Assembly (NCBI RefSeq): GCF_964355755.1 | Contig: NC_092675.1 | Span: 243,812-307,811, forward strand | Length of the DNA stretch: 64,000 nt | Direction: 5' to 3' | Origin: Antedon mediterranea | Lineage: Eukaryota; Animalia; Echinodermata | In this document: in pieces, positions 14,901-26,339 of the stretch | Layout: every line of letters begins with the position of its first letter | Numbering within the stretch: the stretch's first letter is position 1 | The notes under the pieces: generated by a model | Databases searched by the model: none | Seen by the model: only the letters and a program-made list of their open reading frames with translations | Told to the model about the DNA's origin: nothing | Position numbers and translations under genes: made by a program

Positions 14901-17900
14901 TGACACTCAACTATATTTAATCATGAAACCTACACATCACTCTGAATCTGTTAACAGCCTTGAATCATGCATTGCAGATGTTCGCTCATGGGCCATTCAA
15001 AATAAACTCATGCTCAACGACTCCAAGACTGAAATGATCCATTTTCATTCAAAGTTCCGTGAGGCATCATCATTTCCTTTGGTCCATATCGGAGATACTA
15101 GTGTCTCTACCTCCAGCTCAGCCAGAAATCTAGGCGTCCAACTAGACAACAGCCTCGGTTTAAAAGAACACATTCGTAATGTTTGCCGTGGTGCTTCCTT
15201 TGGAATTTACCAGATCGGCCAGATTCGTAAGTACCTTGACAAAACATCAACTGAACGTCTTGTTCATGCTTTTGTTTCATCTCGTCTGGACTGTAATAAC
15301 TCGCTTCTGTACGGCCTACCAACTTCTTATCTGTCTCCTCTTCAACGAATCCAAAATTCCGCCGCAAGACTTATCACTGGCACTAAACGACATGAACATA
15401 TTTCTCCCGTTTTACGTGACTTACACTGGTTGCCTGTTGATCAGCGCATTCGTTTTAAAATCCTGTTGCTGACATATAAGGCCATCAACGGATGTGCTCC
15501 AGCCTACATATGTGACATCATTACTCCGTCAACCAACTCTTCGCTTCGTTCATCCAGCAGACTTCTTCTAAAACCTGGACCCCGTTCCAGAACTCGGTTT
15601 TACGGTGATCGTGCTTTCGCTGTCGCAGCCCCAAAACTCTGGAACACTCTACCACTCGAAATACGCTCATCAAAATCTGTTATCACATTTAAAACTAAAC
15701 TCAAAACTCATCTCTTCAGAGAAGCATAATCGCACGCTACTACTTGCACTGATCTTGGAAAACACAGCGCTTTGAAACCTTTGTCTCTTGCGCTTTATAA
15801 ATGTTATTTATTATTATTATTATTAAAAGAAACAAGGGCAATTTTGATGCTATGATGTGTATCACAAACAATTTGAGGAAGGAATTAAGCTGGTGGACAA
15901 CAGAAATTAATACCCAATGGAAAAATATAATTGAGTTCCCCTAAATATTATAATCTCATTGGACAACTCAAATGAAGGCTGGGGTGGTGCATTAGGAAGT
16001 GAGAAAGTTGGGGGGAGATGGCTTGAGGTAGAAAAGGCATGGCATATAGCCATCTGGAATTACAAGGAGCTTTCCTAGTTTTAAAGAGAGGATTAAAGAT
16101 AAAAGAGTTGGAATTTGGCTAGATAACACTACTAACGTTGGAGTATTGTTTTGGAATTTTATAAACATAATCTCTTGATTGTCTTTCAACTCTAAGCATA
16201 AGTATAAGCATTATATAGGTTCCAAACGTCAGTGACAGTCATCTGTATGCAAAGGCAATTTTGTTTTTAAGAGTCATGGTACCTTGATAAGAAGCCTTAT
16301 AAATAATAGTGTACTATTACCTTCATATCCAGTTGCTGGGTATACATTAACATAGTCAATGCTGTATGTATCTCCTAAATCAACATACCAATAAGCATTT
16401 TCACCTGCAGAATATAAACAACAACATTTTAATTTATATTGTTGTTGAAAAATCCCAAAAAACTAGTAATATTTATTCAATAAAAAGTAAATGAAATAGA
16501 GTATGGTAATAATTACTTAATTAGTACATATACATTTAGGATACTAAAAAACTACTAAAGAAAAATGTTGTTGGATTGTATATATTTTCTAAATTGTTAA
16601 TTTAAGTTTAGGGCGACAAATATTGGTAGGCAAATTTAAATTTGTGAAAAAAAGAATAAATTATATTAAATTGATATAATAATCTTACCAACAGTACGTG
16701 AACATGAACCACTGGTAAAGTCCATATCAGTGTTATCATCAACAGCTAAACCAGCATTATATACACCACCCGATGTATCTGTACTCTGGTAAGCCATCTT
16801 GCCAGTTGATAAAACAGCTGAAGAGAAAACAAAAATTACAATATTAACCACCTTCACCACCACAAACTGGGTTTTGAGTCCAAAAAGTGAAAATTGTGAT
16901 CTAGATTCAATCCAAATTAAATGGAATATAAGTAACATAAATTTCCCAATCTCTCTCTCTTGCACTCCCACTATCTTATATTAATCAACATTTACCAACA
17001 TTTAGATGTGCCTAAATCATATGTAAGATGTTTGTATATAGATTTTTCTAGTGCTTTTAATACCGTTGAACCTGGTTCATTAGTACGCAAACTTAAAGAA
17101 ATGAACGTAAACGACACATTGACTTCATGGATATATAATTTCTTAACAAAAAGGTTCCAGTATGTTAAACTAAACGGTATTTTATCTGATAAAAGAACTG
17201 TTAGCATTGGCACGCCACAAGGGTCTGTTATCTCCCCAATGTTGTTTTCACTGTTCACCAGCAGTTTCAGAGCCAATTCAAATGAATGTTGTATAGTAAA
17301 ATATGCAGATGACACAGTCATCACTGGATACATTACTGGCAATGATGAAACAAGCTATAGACAACTAGGATTTGATTTTTATCACTGGTGCTGCAATAAC
17401 AACCTGAAACTAAACATAAAGAAAACAAAAGAAATGCAAATTGATTTTAGGAAAATTAAAGAACCCTTAGAACCTCTGATTATAAATGAAAATGAGATTG
17501 AAGTAGTAAATGAGTACAAATATCTGGGTTGTATAATTGACAATAAGCTAAATTGGATAAATAATGTAAATAAAGCCACATGCAAAGCCAACCAAAGGAT
17601 GTTTATTTTAAGAAAAATGAAGTACCTACAAATTGACAAAACTATACTTAAATTGTTTTATAACTCTGTAATTCTCAGTGTAATACTTTTTTGTAATGTT
17701 TGTTTTTATGGTAATACAATGCAAAAAGATAAAATTAAACTTAATCGAATAGGAAATAGAGCAATTAGACTAGTAGGAGAGCACTTACCTGATGTTGAAT
17801 CCTTGTATAAAGAAAATGTGTTAAAAAAAGTAAAAAGTATCATTGATGATGAAACACATCCTCTTCACAAACAATTTGCTCTCATGAATTCTGGCATAAG

Positions 17901-19527
17901 ACTACGTGCACTTAATACCAAAACAAAACGGTTTAGGTGCTCGTTTGTACCTAATGCTATACACTTATATAACTCCAGAGTACAAAGGTAAAATGTAATT
18001 GTAACCGATAATTTTTATCTAATTTTAACAATTTTTAGCCTCTTAACTTTTTGTGTGTGTTTTTGTAAATTGTATTTTATATTTTTGTATTTTGCCAGTT
18101 TTCAAATCACATTTCTGTTTTTTAAATGGACAATAAAGTATATATGACTATGACTATGACTATGACTAATCTGCCTCAAACTCAGACAGGGATACAAGGT
18201 ACAGTATGAATAGATACGAGTAGGGCAGAATTAGTCAATTTGATTATTTTTTTATTAAAATTAAGCAAATCGGTCCAAATAAATAGATTGTAAATAATTG
18301 AACTTAAGACAGTAAAACATCTTTTTTTATCGCTGTTGTTAGAGCGGAATGCAATTGATTGGTCAATTAAAAATTGCTCAAACATGCACATTTTAAAAAT
18401 TCATGGTATAAAGATTTGACTGGTTGTAGTGGTGATTTGGTACGTATTGCGGCTAGATATCATTGAGTACAGTACCTTAATTTGGTTTGATTCTCGGACA
18501 ATTTCTTTTTATTTTTAATTAATTGTTGTCTTTTAGTCGTCTTTACCCACCATTTGACTAGAGATATGTTGTCGTAAATCTAAATCAAATTGTAACCCTG
18601 GGTTATTAGTCTTTTGTTGTTTTTTAGGGTATTAGAGGAGGGGTTACTATTAGAGTAGTGGGTTACTATTAGAGTAGTGGGTTACTATAATAAACAAATT
18701 TGGTTGAACTATAACTTTATTTTATAAACTTAAAATCCCCCACTCCCGAGATCACGGACCGCTGTTTGTATGTGTTTTTACTGATTATTACATTATAACA
18801 TTTTATTGTACGGACTGTACGGAAATAAACACTGATAACTTGCATCTTGAATGAGGTGTTTACGTATACACAAACTATCGGCGCCGAAAACAGGAAATGG
18901 TAAAACTATAGTAGGCCTATATATTTTGGAATATATTATTCATTCATTCATTCATCTTTTATTTCAGAAAAAAATTCTCCATAGTTCAGTAACAAATTAG
19001 TGTACATTATTGCAAATATAACAAATACATATATATATATATGTAGATATATAAAAAAAAAAAAAACCTACGCTACATAGTCACGTGGTTAGAACAATAC
19101 AGTAGCTTCATCCATCTACTATGTAGATTGGATGAAGGAAAAGCAAATTATATTATATTATAAGTAGGCCTAGCCTAGGCCTCATGAATATTTTTATTAT
19201 TTTTCAAGAATATTATTGATTGATTGATATTGATTACTTACGGGCCATAATTCATATTAAGAGAATAATATTCTAGGCTAGTAAGATCTTTGTCTTTATC
19301 AGGTCCTACTTTACCCAACGGCATACCACTATGGAGAGGGGAAATCCATAGACTGAGTGAGTAGTCTATGCCGGAGCCATAAAATAGAGAAGAAGCCTCC
19401 TACACACTACTCAGTAGTAGTCTAGGCCTACGGATTTTACACACGGATACTTACTGTTTTGAGATGAACTGATGAAGCAATGTTTAAGTAGAAGTAAAAA
19501 AAATAGTGTCAACCTTTTATCAAACAT
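317..19527 (-). CDS. Gene 1: receptor-type protein tyrosine phosphatase (signal peptide, F-type-lectin-like domain, 5 HYR domains, TM, PTP domain); 3' end lies beyond the left edge
   Basis: 16 GT-AG exons join in frame (826 codons in window): 19527-19455, 16817-16689, 16404-16321, 8974-8774, 8091-7855, 7403-7164, 6726-6487, 5976-5755, 5524-5294, 4288-4159, 3788-3658, 3483-3347, 2923-2830, 1596-1520, 1181-1047, 433-317. Signal [24 protein letters not shown]; [23 protein letters not shown]; PTP motifs [35 protein letters not shown]. The catalytic HCxxGxxR motif is outside the window. Confidence 0.92.
1637..2604 (+). mobile_element. Non-autonomous Helitron-like element, copy 1
   Basis: Starts A|TCTATATATA, ends CTAG|T, no TSD; second copy at ~20219-23364 and 3'-end fragment at ~35505-35592. 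Confidence 0.7.
5040..5210 (+). mobile_element. Solo Penelope pseudo-LTR fragment with degenerate hammerhead motif
   Basis: Closely matches 61182-61340 and the reverse complement of 58640-58800. Confidence 0.75.
5294..8091 (-). CDS. Five HYR (hyalin repeat) exons of gene 1
   Basis: Phase 1-1 exons of 222-240 nt, each matching P-x-V-x-CP...VTWxxPxVxDxVD...CxPxSGSxF..G...CxAxDxxGNxGxCxFxVxV. Confidence 0.92.
7005..7057 (-). pseudogene. Truncated remnant of a further HYR exon (3' end only)
   Basis: Reads [17 protein letters not shown] followed by a gtaagt donor; the 5' part of the domain is missing. Confidence 0.7.
10005..11142. mobile_element. Non-autonomous TTAA-flanked DNA transposon (Kolobok-like)
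   Basis: TIR aatggacctgaaatgg / ccatttcaggtccatt; TTAA at 10001-10004 and 11143-11146; removing it restores the LINE frame. Confidence 0.85.
11392..11904. mobile_element. MITE with ~50-bp imperfect TIRs
   Basis: tagggagtttccgcaacctcacgaatacgataacgaaaacggatacgtcac pairs with gtgacgtatccgttttcgttattgtattcgtaagattgcgaaacctcccta; flanked by ttaa on both sides. Confidence 0.85.
12968..15825 (+). mobile_element. L2-clade LINE, 5'-truncated at the start of ORF2
   Basis: 3' end agcgc...gcgctttataaat plus (TTA)n tail, typical of L2; carries an uninterrupted APE-RT ORF. Confidence 0.88.
12994..15729 (+). CDS. LINE ORF2 (APE endonuclease plus reverse transcriptase), 911 aa, open
   Basis: IYRPP, GDFNIH, HTLDL, SDH endonuclease motifs; NYRPI, DYSAAFD, GVPQGS, YADDTQ RT motifs. 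Confidence 0.92.
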   Translation: MKGDASDNHFIADVSNTLPNFVVSHEPRPTGGRGGGICIISHRGLQITPNVSTSFRSFEHMDIKITSNSSVINLISIYRPPPSTKNKLTFDLFITEFSSLLESVSCTKNLLIVGDFNIHTDDLLDNNTKRFDELLYTSCLHQHVQGPTHVSGHTLDLLISRKNDNIIKQTTVKQGLPSDHMAVISFVDLSHPKQPTRTTSYRKLRNIDLNCFVEDIMNSPLVCAPEDNVSDLADQYNNVLQYILDQHAPLTTKLVTIRPRAPWYTNELREAKCVKRRSERRMLKSGLDIDKQRYKLECKAYKDMLDLAKCNYHRNEIANADDKNLFRIISKLYSVDSSPVLPKHTSSMDLANQFGCFFNEKILKICKKLNSINTPLITVNVDESCNSSFAEFEQISEDTVRKVIAESASKSSRLDPIPTRLLKNCIDALLPHITKIVNMSLSSGTVPSAFKLSLVMPLLKKQNLDSNVLQNYRPIANLPFLFKVLERIATAQIKAYMDEHFLFSKVQSAYRRFHSTETALLRVTNDLLLALDKGNEAVLILLDYSAAFDTINHDLLFQRLHKRYGISGTALKWFISYFENRRQAIIVGDSMSDEFALPWGVPQGSVKGPLDFILYTGPLSNIIDSHPEVRHMIYADDTQLYLIMKPTHHSESVNSLESCIADVRSWAIQNKLMLNDSKTEMIHFHSKFREASSFPLVHIGDTSVSTSSSARNLGVQLDNSLGLKEHIRNVCRGASFGIYQIGQIRKYLDKTSTERLVHAFVSSRLDCNNSLLYGLPTSYLSPLQRIQNSAARLITGTKRHEHISPVLRDLHWLPVDQRIRFKILLLTYKAINGCAPAYICDIITPSTNSSLRSSSRLLLKPGPRSRTRFYGDRAFAVAAPKLWNTLPLEIRSSKSVITFKTKLKTHLFREA
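16978..18167 (+). mobile_element. 5'-truncated Rex1/Babar-like LINE (RT)
   Basis: ORF 16960-17991 with [21 protein letters not shown]; (TATGAC)n tail at 18143-18167; empty site ctatcctttaatctgcctc in the paralogous intron at ~52961-52979. Confidence 0.88.
18641..18690. repeat. 20-bp tandem repeat, about 2.5 copies
   Basis: gggttactattagagtagtg units. Confidence 0.8.
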
Positions 19528-19638
19528 TTTGGTTTAAATTAACACTGGTAGAACGCTCACCAAAATCAATATTTTCATATTTTTCGTGATTATTATTTAC
19601 AAATACAGTACTACTGTAAAGCCATGAATAACTTCTTT

Positions 19639-19668
19639 ATTATTTCCGGTTGTTATAGCGCCATCACT
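19639..19668 (-). promoter_or_regulatory. Conserved proximal upstream element of gene 1 (ETS-like CCGGAAAT plus GCGCC box)
   Basis: Same block recurs upstream of gene 2 (39992-40022) and gene 3 (54462-54492). Confidence 0.55.
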
Positions 19669-20218
19669 TCAGGGCTAGGACCGTATTCTTGAAACTGAAC
19701 TTTAATTTTAATTTCATTTATCCGTCTAAAAAAATAGGAGAGTAGGCCTACAAACGTGCACAAATAATAAAAACAAAGTGAGAAACATGAGACAGGAAAA
19801 ACCATTTAAGGTTGTATGCTCAATTTCCTAAATTATAAATTCCATTACTTACCAAGAAATATTTCTCTATATACAGTATTATTACTTTTATCAGAGCTCT
19901 GCAACAAATGTAAAGTTCCCTTTTCACTAACTACAATGATCAATTGTAGGCCTACTTTCATTTTATTTTACAATTATATTTCATGTTGTACAAAAAGTTT
20001 TATGGAAAAAAATGAAATAAAAAAATGTAATTTTTTATGTTTAAGGTTTCCCACTCGACAGTGATTTAGTAATAATAATACATTCAAACCAAATATCTGC
20101 CTGTACCTGAGCTTTAACAACAAAGATCTAATGATGTAAAGAAATCAATTAAGATAAATTATTATTATACAATTCAATTTGTAATAGACTTTAGTTATGG
20201 AAAAAATAAAAAATATTA

Positions 20219-23200
20219 CATATATAAATTTACGTAAGAATGTGTACTCGATGGTATATTAAATAAAGTTGGTTAGCATCTCGGTACTGATTTTAACCTG
20301 CTTACTAATTAAATTTAGTTAGATAATTAGTTATTGACAATTAAAACAAATTTAGGTTCAATGATTTGCCCCAAATAGGGTGTTTTCCGATCGTGGTATA
20401 CACTGTCTAATGGATCATGTTCTCTTGAAAAATACCTACACACAATATTACGAGGATGCTTCGCATTTTCCTATTTCCTTCTACGATAATTATTTTTAAT
20501 AGCTGAAAACGGTTGAACAGCTCGAGTACAGTATCATAATGTTGAAGACAGGCCGATTTTCTTCAAAAAATACTATTTTGATAGATTCAATATACGCTTA
20601 TACAAATGTATTGATTTGCGATGAATCGAACATTCCAATCAGACTCCCAGTTTGTAGGTAAATTTATGAGCCCTTGGTTTAACACAAGTAGGTAAATTTA
20701 TGGGCCCTTGGAGAATAAACTTACAACTGAGATATAGTATTGTAATACTTTGACAATATTGTAAATACGTAATTATCATTTTTGGTCGCCTTACTGTGAA
20801 TGTGGTTACTGTTAGATATATAAACACATATACAAAGAAAGAAAATAAAAATTGGGAAAGCAAGGAGTAGATGGAATCTTCAAGCCCTACAAAATAACAA
20901 CAATGTACAGGAACTATTTAGAGATCAAATAGATATAGATATAGTTAATAAAGAAGATGCGGATGTTGAAAAAAGATGGTTACAGATAAAGAAAGTGATT
21001 GATGCAAACAAACATGTCAAAAATAGAAGGGGGAAAGACCAAAAAAACCATGGATCACAGATGAGATGATAACACAAATGGAACAAAGAAGGAAATGGAA
21101 AATTATAAATACAGAAGAAGGAAGAAAGGAATACAGAAGACTAAATAATCAACTAAGAAGAACAACAGATAAGGCAAAAGAAGAGTGGATTAGTAATAAA
21201 TGTAAGGAAATAGATAATCTACAGAAGGCTGGACGGAGTGACATATCATATAAAGTAATACAGGAACTATCAGGAATTAACACTAAAAGACGTAAGGGTA
21301 CACAAGCAGTATTAAATAAAGAAGATAAATTACTAACTGATAATAATGAAATAAGACAAAATGGAAAGAATATCTGGAAGAGTTATATGCTGCAGATCTA
21401 AAGCCAATATAGTGTGTCCGCTTGAAGATGAACAAAATGTAAATGAAGAAAGTCTGGGACCAATATTTCTGAAAGATGAAATTACAAAAGGAATTAAAAT
21501 ACTACATGAAAGAAAAGCTGAAGGCATAGATGGGACAGAGATGTTAAAACAACTAGGAGAAGTAGCAACCTTGGAACTTACCAAACTTTCTAACAAAATC
21601 TACACACAAGGAAAATGGCCAGCGGATTTCACTATATCTGTAGTAATACAATTGGAGAAGAAAGTAAACACCCAACGATGTGATGAACACCGAACGATAA
21701 GTCTCATAACGCATACATCTAAGATAACACTTAAGGCATTAAATGAAAGATTGGCATCAAAACTTGCAGAGTATATCGGAAAGAATCAATTTGGTTTTGT
21801 AAAAGGAAGAAGCACCAGAGATGCGATTGCTGTGCTGAGAGTGATGGGAGTAAAATCCCTAGAATATGGTAACGAATTGTATATATGCTTTGTGGATTAT
21901 GAAAAAGCATTCGACAGGATTAATTGGATCAAATTGATGGACATCTTGTATAGAATTGGCGTTGACTATCGGGACAGACAGTTAATATGGGAGCTGTATA
22001 TCAATCAATCTGCATCAATTATAATAGACGGGCAGTTATCTGAACCAGCACAGATAGGTAGAGGTGTCAGACAAGGAGGAATACTGTCAACTAACTTCTA
22101 CAGCATTTATGAAGAATTTCTACTTTCAGAAGCACTTACAAACAGTAGTAATGGAGTAAAAGTTGGTGGTCATAGAATCTCAACTGTACGGTTTGCTGAT
22201 GATAAGGCTGTGATGGATAACTCTAATGTCGGTCTCCAAAGAATATTAACGAAAATTAATGAAGCGGGGAAAGAATATGGAATGAAGATAAACACCAGAA
22301 AAACTAAAGTAATGTGCATTACAAAAAGAGCAAATGTACAAATGGAAATATATGTTGATGGGGAAATTATGGAACAAGTTGATTCCTTTTGCTACCTGGG
22401 AAAAATAACAACAGATGGCAGAGTGAGATTCTAAGGAGAATAGGAATGGCAAAGGGGAAATTCCTAACAAACAGAAAATTCTTAACAAGTAAAGCAAGTA
22501 TTGAAACAAGAAAAGAAATGGTTAAAGCATTAGTATGGAGTGTTGCATTATACGGATGCGAAACATGGACATTAAAAAAAGAGGAAATAAACAGAATAGA
22601 TGCATTTGAAATGTGGTGTTGGAGAAAAATGCTAAAAATTTAATACACAGAGCACAGAAGGAATGATGACATTTTGAATGAAATAAGAGAAGAAAGACAA
22701 CTAATGAAACGCATTAATGAACAGCAGAAGAAATGGATTGGTCACAGTATTAGAAATGGAGGATTATTGAAAATAGTGATGGAGGGTAGATACGATGGAA
22801 AAGCAGGTAGAGGAAGGAAGAGAAAAATGCTACTGGATAGACATAAAAATGGAAACAAATATTACCAACTAAAGGACAAAGCATTAAATAGAAAAGAGTG
22901 GAAGAAAATGACTGTCATGGACCTGCCAATTGGCAGATGACAAGGTAGGTATACAAAGAAAACTGTGACTGTGGGTAGGCTCTACTGCTGGATATATAAA
23001 CACATATAAATATACATATACAAAAAACTTTCTTACTGACAATTGCTTCTTTATAAAGAATATATTTAAAAATTGTTCTTCCCATCCTCTTACCCATCCA
23101 TCAACTCTAATGTTATATACAACTAACACAAATTGAGTTTGTTTAAATGATTTCAAATAAAAAATTTGGACTCATTTTTAAGACAAGTTTCTCCTTCAGA

Positions 23201-23364
23201 AGTAGGCCTAATTCCCAGAGTGCTAATTTTAGTTGACTACATTAATCACCGTGTCTATTTATTCGGTTCTGAATACGACAATGTATTTATAGTCCTGCGG
23301 TACGTACATTTGAAATCGCCAGTTTTTTTACGCTGAAATTACTGTGTATTCGAGAACCATCTAG
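20219..23364 (+). mobile_element. Non-autonomous Helitron-like element, copy 2, interrupted by an RTE LINE
   Basis: 20221-20813 and 23167-23364 align to 1640-2604; ends CTAG|T; absent from the paralogous intergenic region near 55370. Confidence 0.7.
20841..22949 (+). mobile_element. 5'-truncated, frameshifted RTE-clade LINE
   Basis: ORF pieces 21066-22940 with FVDYEKAFD, GVRQG, RFADD, LYGCETW, FEMWCWRKML; 12-bp TSD tatacaaagaaa at 20829-20840 and 22950-22961. Confidence 0.9.
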
Positions 23365-26339
23365 TTATTTAAATTATTTATTTACAAAAATGAAAAACTG
23401 TTTGGGCCAATTTAACATTTAGTACATCGCATTTGTAATCATGACTCCAGAGTTGTACATCTGATACTTGATAACATACTATGTTTCGTTCTGAATTCAT
23501 GGTATCTGATAACAGAATGCTTCATGGAAATTTGCTCAACTAGTAGAGGGTCTGGTTCGTACCAAATAATGTTCTTCTTCGCAACATTTCCATTGCCTTT
23601 TGTTTATTTTATTGATTTCCCATAACCTCTCATATATAAATAATTAAATACTCAATTTACTTATTTTATTCTAAATAAACAGAAAAGTAGATTTTATATA
23701 GACTTGTTGATATTGCAGATACAATAGCTATTTGTATTGGAAATGCATGAGCTGCTAAGAAAAAAAATATACACTTCAAATACACAAAAGATTAAACAAC
23801 ATTGTTTCATATACAGTACTTATAGTAGACAAATGCATACAGTGTATAAACGAAAGGTTGAAATAATGTTGGTGTAATAATTTTTTTTATATATGACCCT
23901 AATGTTGCTCTATAAAACTTATATATCATTAATATATTTGAATTCCTTTAAATCTGAATATTATTAATATATTTATTTTCTATTTAATAATTATGATTTA
24001 TATCAAATGAATTACTACAATTAAAGTTGTATTGTCCCCCAAAACATGAAAAATAAAGATGAAAAAAATCAAATTTTGAATAGACCATTTTGTAGTTATA
24101 ATAAAGTTATTCACTTTCGCCGAAAAAAAATCCGGAAAAAATATTGATTTCGCTTATAAAAAATCAAAATAAGTTTACCATTTTTTCGAACTCATAAGTT
24201 CAGAAATTCCAAAATAACGATGGTTAGCTAACAGCTCATAAATATGCATGATATGTTAATGAGTATCCAAACAGGGGAGATCCGATCTGTTCACCACGTA
24301 AACAAACATGTGCGAAGAACAGAAGAAAGTGCTGGGGTTTCCCTGATCGTATGATGTAAAAAGCTCTGCCGTTAATTTGCTGGTAAGTAGAATTCTATTT
24401 TAGATGAATGACACATCCTCCTATAATAGTTTTTGGCGTATAGTTATAGGCTTAGCTATCTAGGCTAGGGCTATAATATAAGCCTACTTCTACTAATCTA
24501 TCTAGTAGGGCCTAGGCCTGGTTAGTACTGTAGTTTACTACTGTGTAGTGTAGTGTAGCAGCAGCTGTAGGCAGGCAGATAATCGGGTCAGAAAAGTAGA
24601 CGGGAACCCACTTTGAGGCCTAGCTAGGTCCTATATATCGTACTCACCTAACTGATGACAAAAAACGAACATTTGGAAAATGATCAGCATACAGTACCAA
24701 AGAAGTTGACGGTAGAATAGATTGTTGTTGATAGCAACCAAAACGAAAACACTAGTAATTAGACTAGGCCTTTTTTAGGGAGGAGATGCACTTTTCAGGG
24801 ATTCCTTACTGTACATTAGTACCCCAAATTGAAAACTTCAGATTCATGTACAGAAATAATAATTATATGTATGCAATAAATTGTGAAATATTTAACTTTT
24901 CTATTTGACTTTTGTATTTATACATCATTGTTTTTCAATTTATAGACTTAAGCTAATGAAGACTGGAACAGAAGTTACACCCATACAGCATTTTAAAGGC
25001 AACTGGCAGTAGACTTGGTAGTGGAACACAAGATAAATATTGGATGACTATCATAAAGCATTAGGCAAATGTGTTGGTTGTTTTCCAGCTTTTAAAATGT
25101 TGTATAGTTTTCATAATTCGAGCAATAACATTTGTATACAGCAATAAATAAATAAAAAATACTACTACAGTACATGAGATAAAATCACCATAATTTTAAT
25201 GTGTGAAGATTTACAGTACAGTACAGTAAAAAATGAGTTAATTACTAGTATATTTCATTGAATTTCTGCATTATTGTTGACAATTTATTTTCAACTATTA
25301 ATTGATGTGTTGATTGTGGCATTACAGCAATAGCTTGTCTTCTGTGATTGTTCATCCATTTTAAAGTGTCATAGTAAGAAACGTTCAAATAAATATTGTG
25401 AATGTTGCTACCACATTTTGTGTTGATTTCTTCACCATTTTCCACTACTTGCTCATATTGTTCATTCAAGTGTGTTAATACCTATTAAAAGAAAGACATT
25501 ATTTATTAAAATATGTACATAAAAAGTTTAATTGTGTGAATGTTGGTTTGAACGTTATTGCTTTGGAAGAATTTTCAACATAACGGTACTAAGTACTGTA
25601 AAGTACACATTCCAAAAAATATTTAACTTAGATTATTTGGTCATTTTCTCTAAAATAATTACATTATTGGATGTACAGTATAGGCCTAGTTACAATTTTC
25701 ACAAATTTATATTAGCATTAACATCTAATTAATCATGAAGGAAAAACCAAGCACCATAATCTCTCCTGGCCCTGGTGGTGACCTTATTTTCTATTTTTGG
25801 CAGCCATTCACAAGTTTTCGCTTTTTGAGTTTTGCTGCTCTTATGTATAATTTTTTTTAATCACAAACTCTACATAGAAAAGAAAATTAAATGTTTTAAA
25901 ATGAATGAAAAGTGATATGAATAATGATAAATTAAAGACTATTAATTACTATTATTAATATTATAGTATTATACTAAAAATAAGACGAGTTGGTGGTGTC
26001 GAAATTCACACAAGTCACAATAAAACCATGGAGGTATAAAATATTTTATTTTTATACCTCCATGCTAAAACCTTATTCCTTACTCCATGCTCACAGATGA
26101 ATGTTATAGGCCTAATCCTATTTAAAGCTAGGTTGGCAATAACTATTAATAAGGCTTACAAGTTGTATCTATTAGTATTAGCTAGGCCTGCTACTCACTC
26201 AGGGTGAACCCTCACTCAGGCCTACAACTAGGCCTAGTACTACTACTACTACTAGACTAGCTACTACTCTAGGCCTAGCTAGCCAATAGATAGGGGATAG
26301 TACACTAGATAGCCAGTACAGCTGTAATGGGCTAGCTAG

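Larger units (their letters stand above)
12595..16145 (+). mobile_element. DIRS1-like retrotransposon relic (RT-RNase H), split by an L2 LINE
   Basis: GYLDDMLII...KLGF...KKS...HLGFIIDS (12620-12800); resumes after 15825 with KGNFDAMM...ELSWW and RNase H-like NEGWGG...GGRW...HI..LEL. Confidence 0.75.

Noticed and set aside
317-19527. Assigning a vertebrate PTPR gene symbol to gene 1
   Set aside because: Ectodomain matches no vertebrate RPTP subtype and the PTP domain is incomplete, so orthology cannot be judged
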